A program made the position numbers and the translations under genes. From Octopus sinensis (Eukaryota), in contig NC_043026.1 of NCBI RefSeq assembly GCF_006345805.1, positions 13,371,579 through 13,435,578 on the forward strand: DNA of 64,000 nt. Reading direction: 5' to 3'. This document shows, one piece after another, positions 63,645 to 64,000 of the stretch. The notes below the pieces were generated by a model, which worked only from the letters and a program-made list of their open reading frames with translations, was not told the DNA's origin and searched no databases. Each line of letters begins with the position of its first letter. Position 1 is the first letter of the stretch.

Positions 63645-64000
63645 ATACTCTTTACTCTTTACTTGTTTCAGTCATTTGACTGCGGCCATGCTGGAGCACC
63701 GCCTTTAATCGAACAAATCGACACCGGGACTTATTCTTTTGTAAGCCCAGTACTTATTCTATCGGCCTCTTTTGCCAAACTGCTAAGTGATGGGGACGTA
63801 AACACACCAGCATCGGTTGTCAAGCAATGCTAGGGGGACAAACGCAGATACACAAACACACATATATACGACAGGCTTCTTTCAGTTTCCGTCTACCAAA
63901 TCCACTCACAAGGATTTGGTCGGCCCGAGGCTATAGCAGAAGACACTCGCCCAAGGTGCCACGCAGTGGGACTGAACCCGGAACCATGTGGTTGGTTAGC
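63645..64000 (-). mobile_element. SINE family 1 running off the window edge (another copy at 58378-58675)
   Basis: Same consensus. Confidence 0.9.

Overview
Repeat-rich eukaryotic (animal) genomic DNA, most likely octopus or another cephalopod. That assignment is inferred from the CEICGKSF-type C2H2 array, abundant tRNA-headed SINEs, RTE LINEs and very long microsatellites. Two host genes are supported. The first is a 16-finger C2H2 zinc-finger ORF (7501-8967 +). The second is a complete six-exon acid-sphingomyelinase-like phosphodiesterase (SMPDL3-type) gene: join 15171-15273, 21410-21641, 23554-23807, 24599-24762, 29640-29814, 31022-31716 (+), 540 aa. Its signal-peptide exon is missed by the ORF track, and it ends in a transmembrane helix plus a YxxPhi-bearing tail. 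The rest is transposon-derived or simple repeat: several RTE LINE families (one with a PHD-like finger inside the RT, one with three C-terminal C2H2 fingers), CR1/L2, Tx1-like, R4/Dong-like and Penelope-like fragments with minimal hammerhead ribozyme motifs, mariner/hAT/piggyBac-like MITEs, a Helentron-like element, at least four SINE families, a U6 retrocopy fused to a retroposon tail, and many tandem arrays grown from transposon pieces. Family names come from motif recognition only; no database search was run. Repeat boundaries are approximate to about 10-20 bp unless a target-site duplication (TSD) is quoted.
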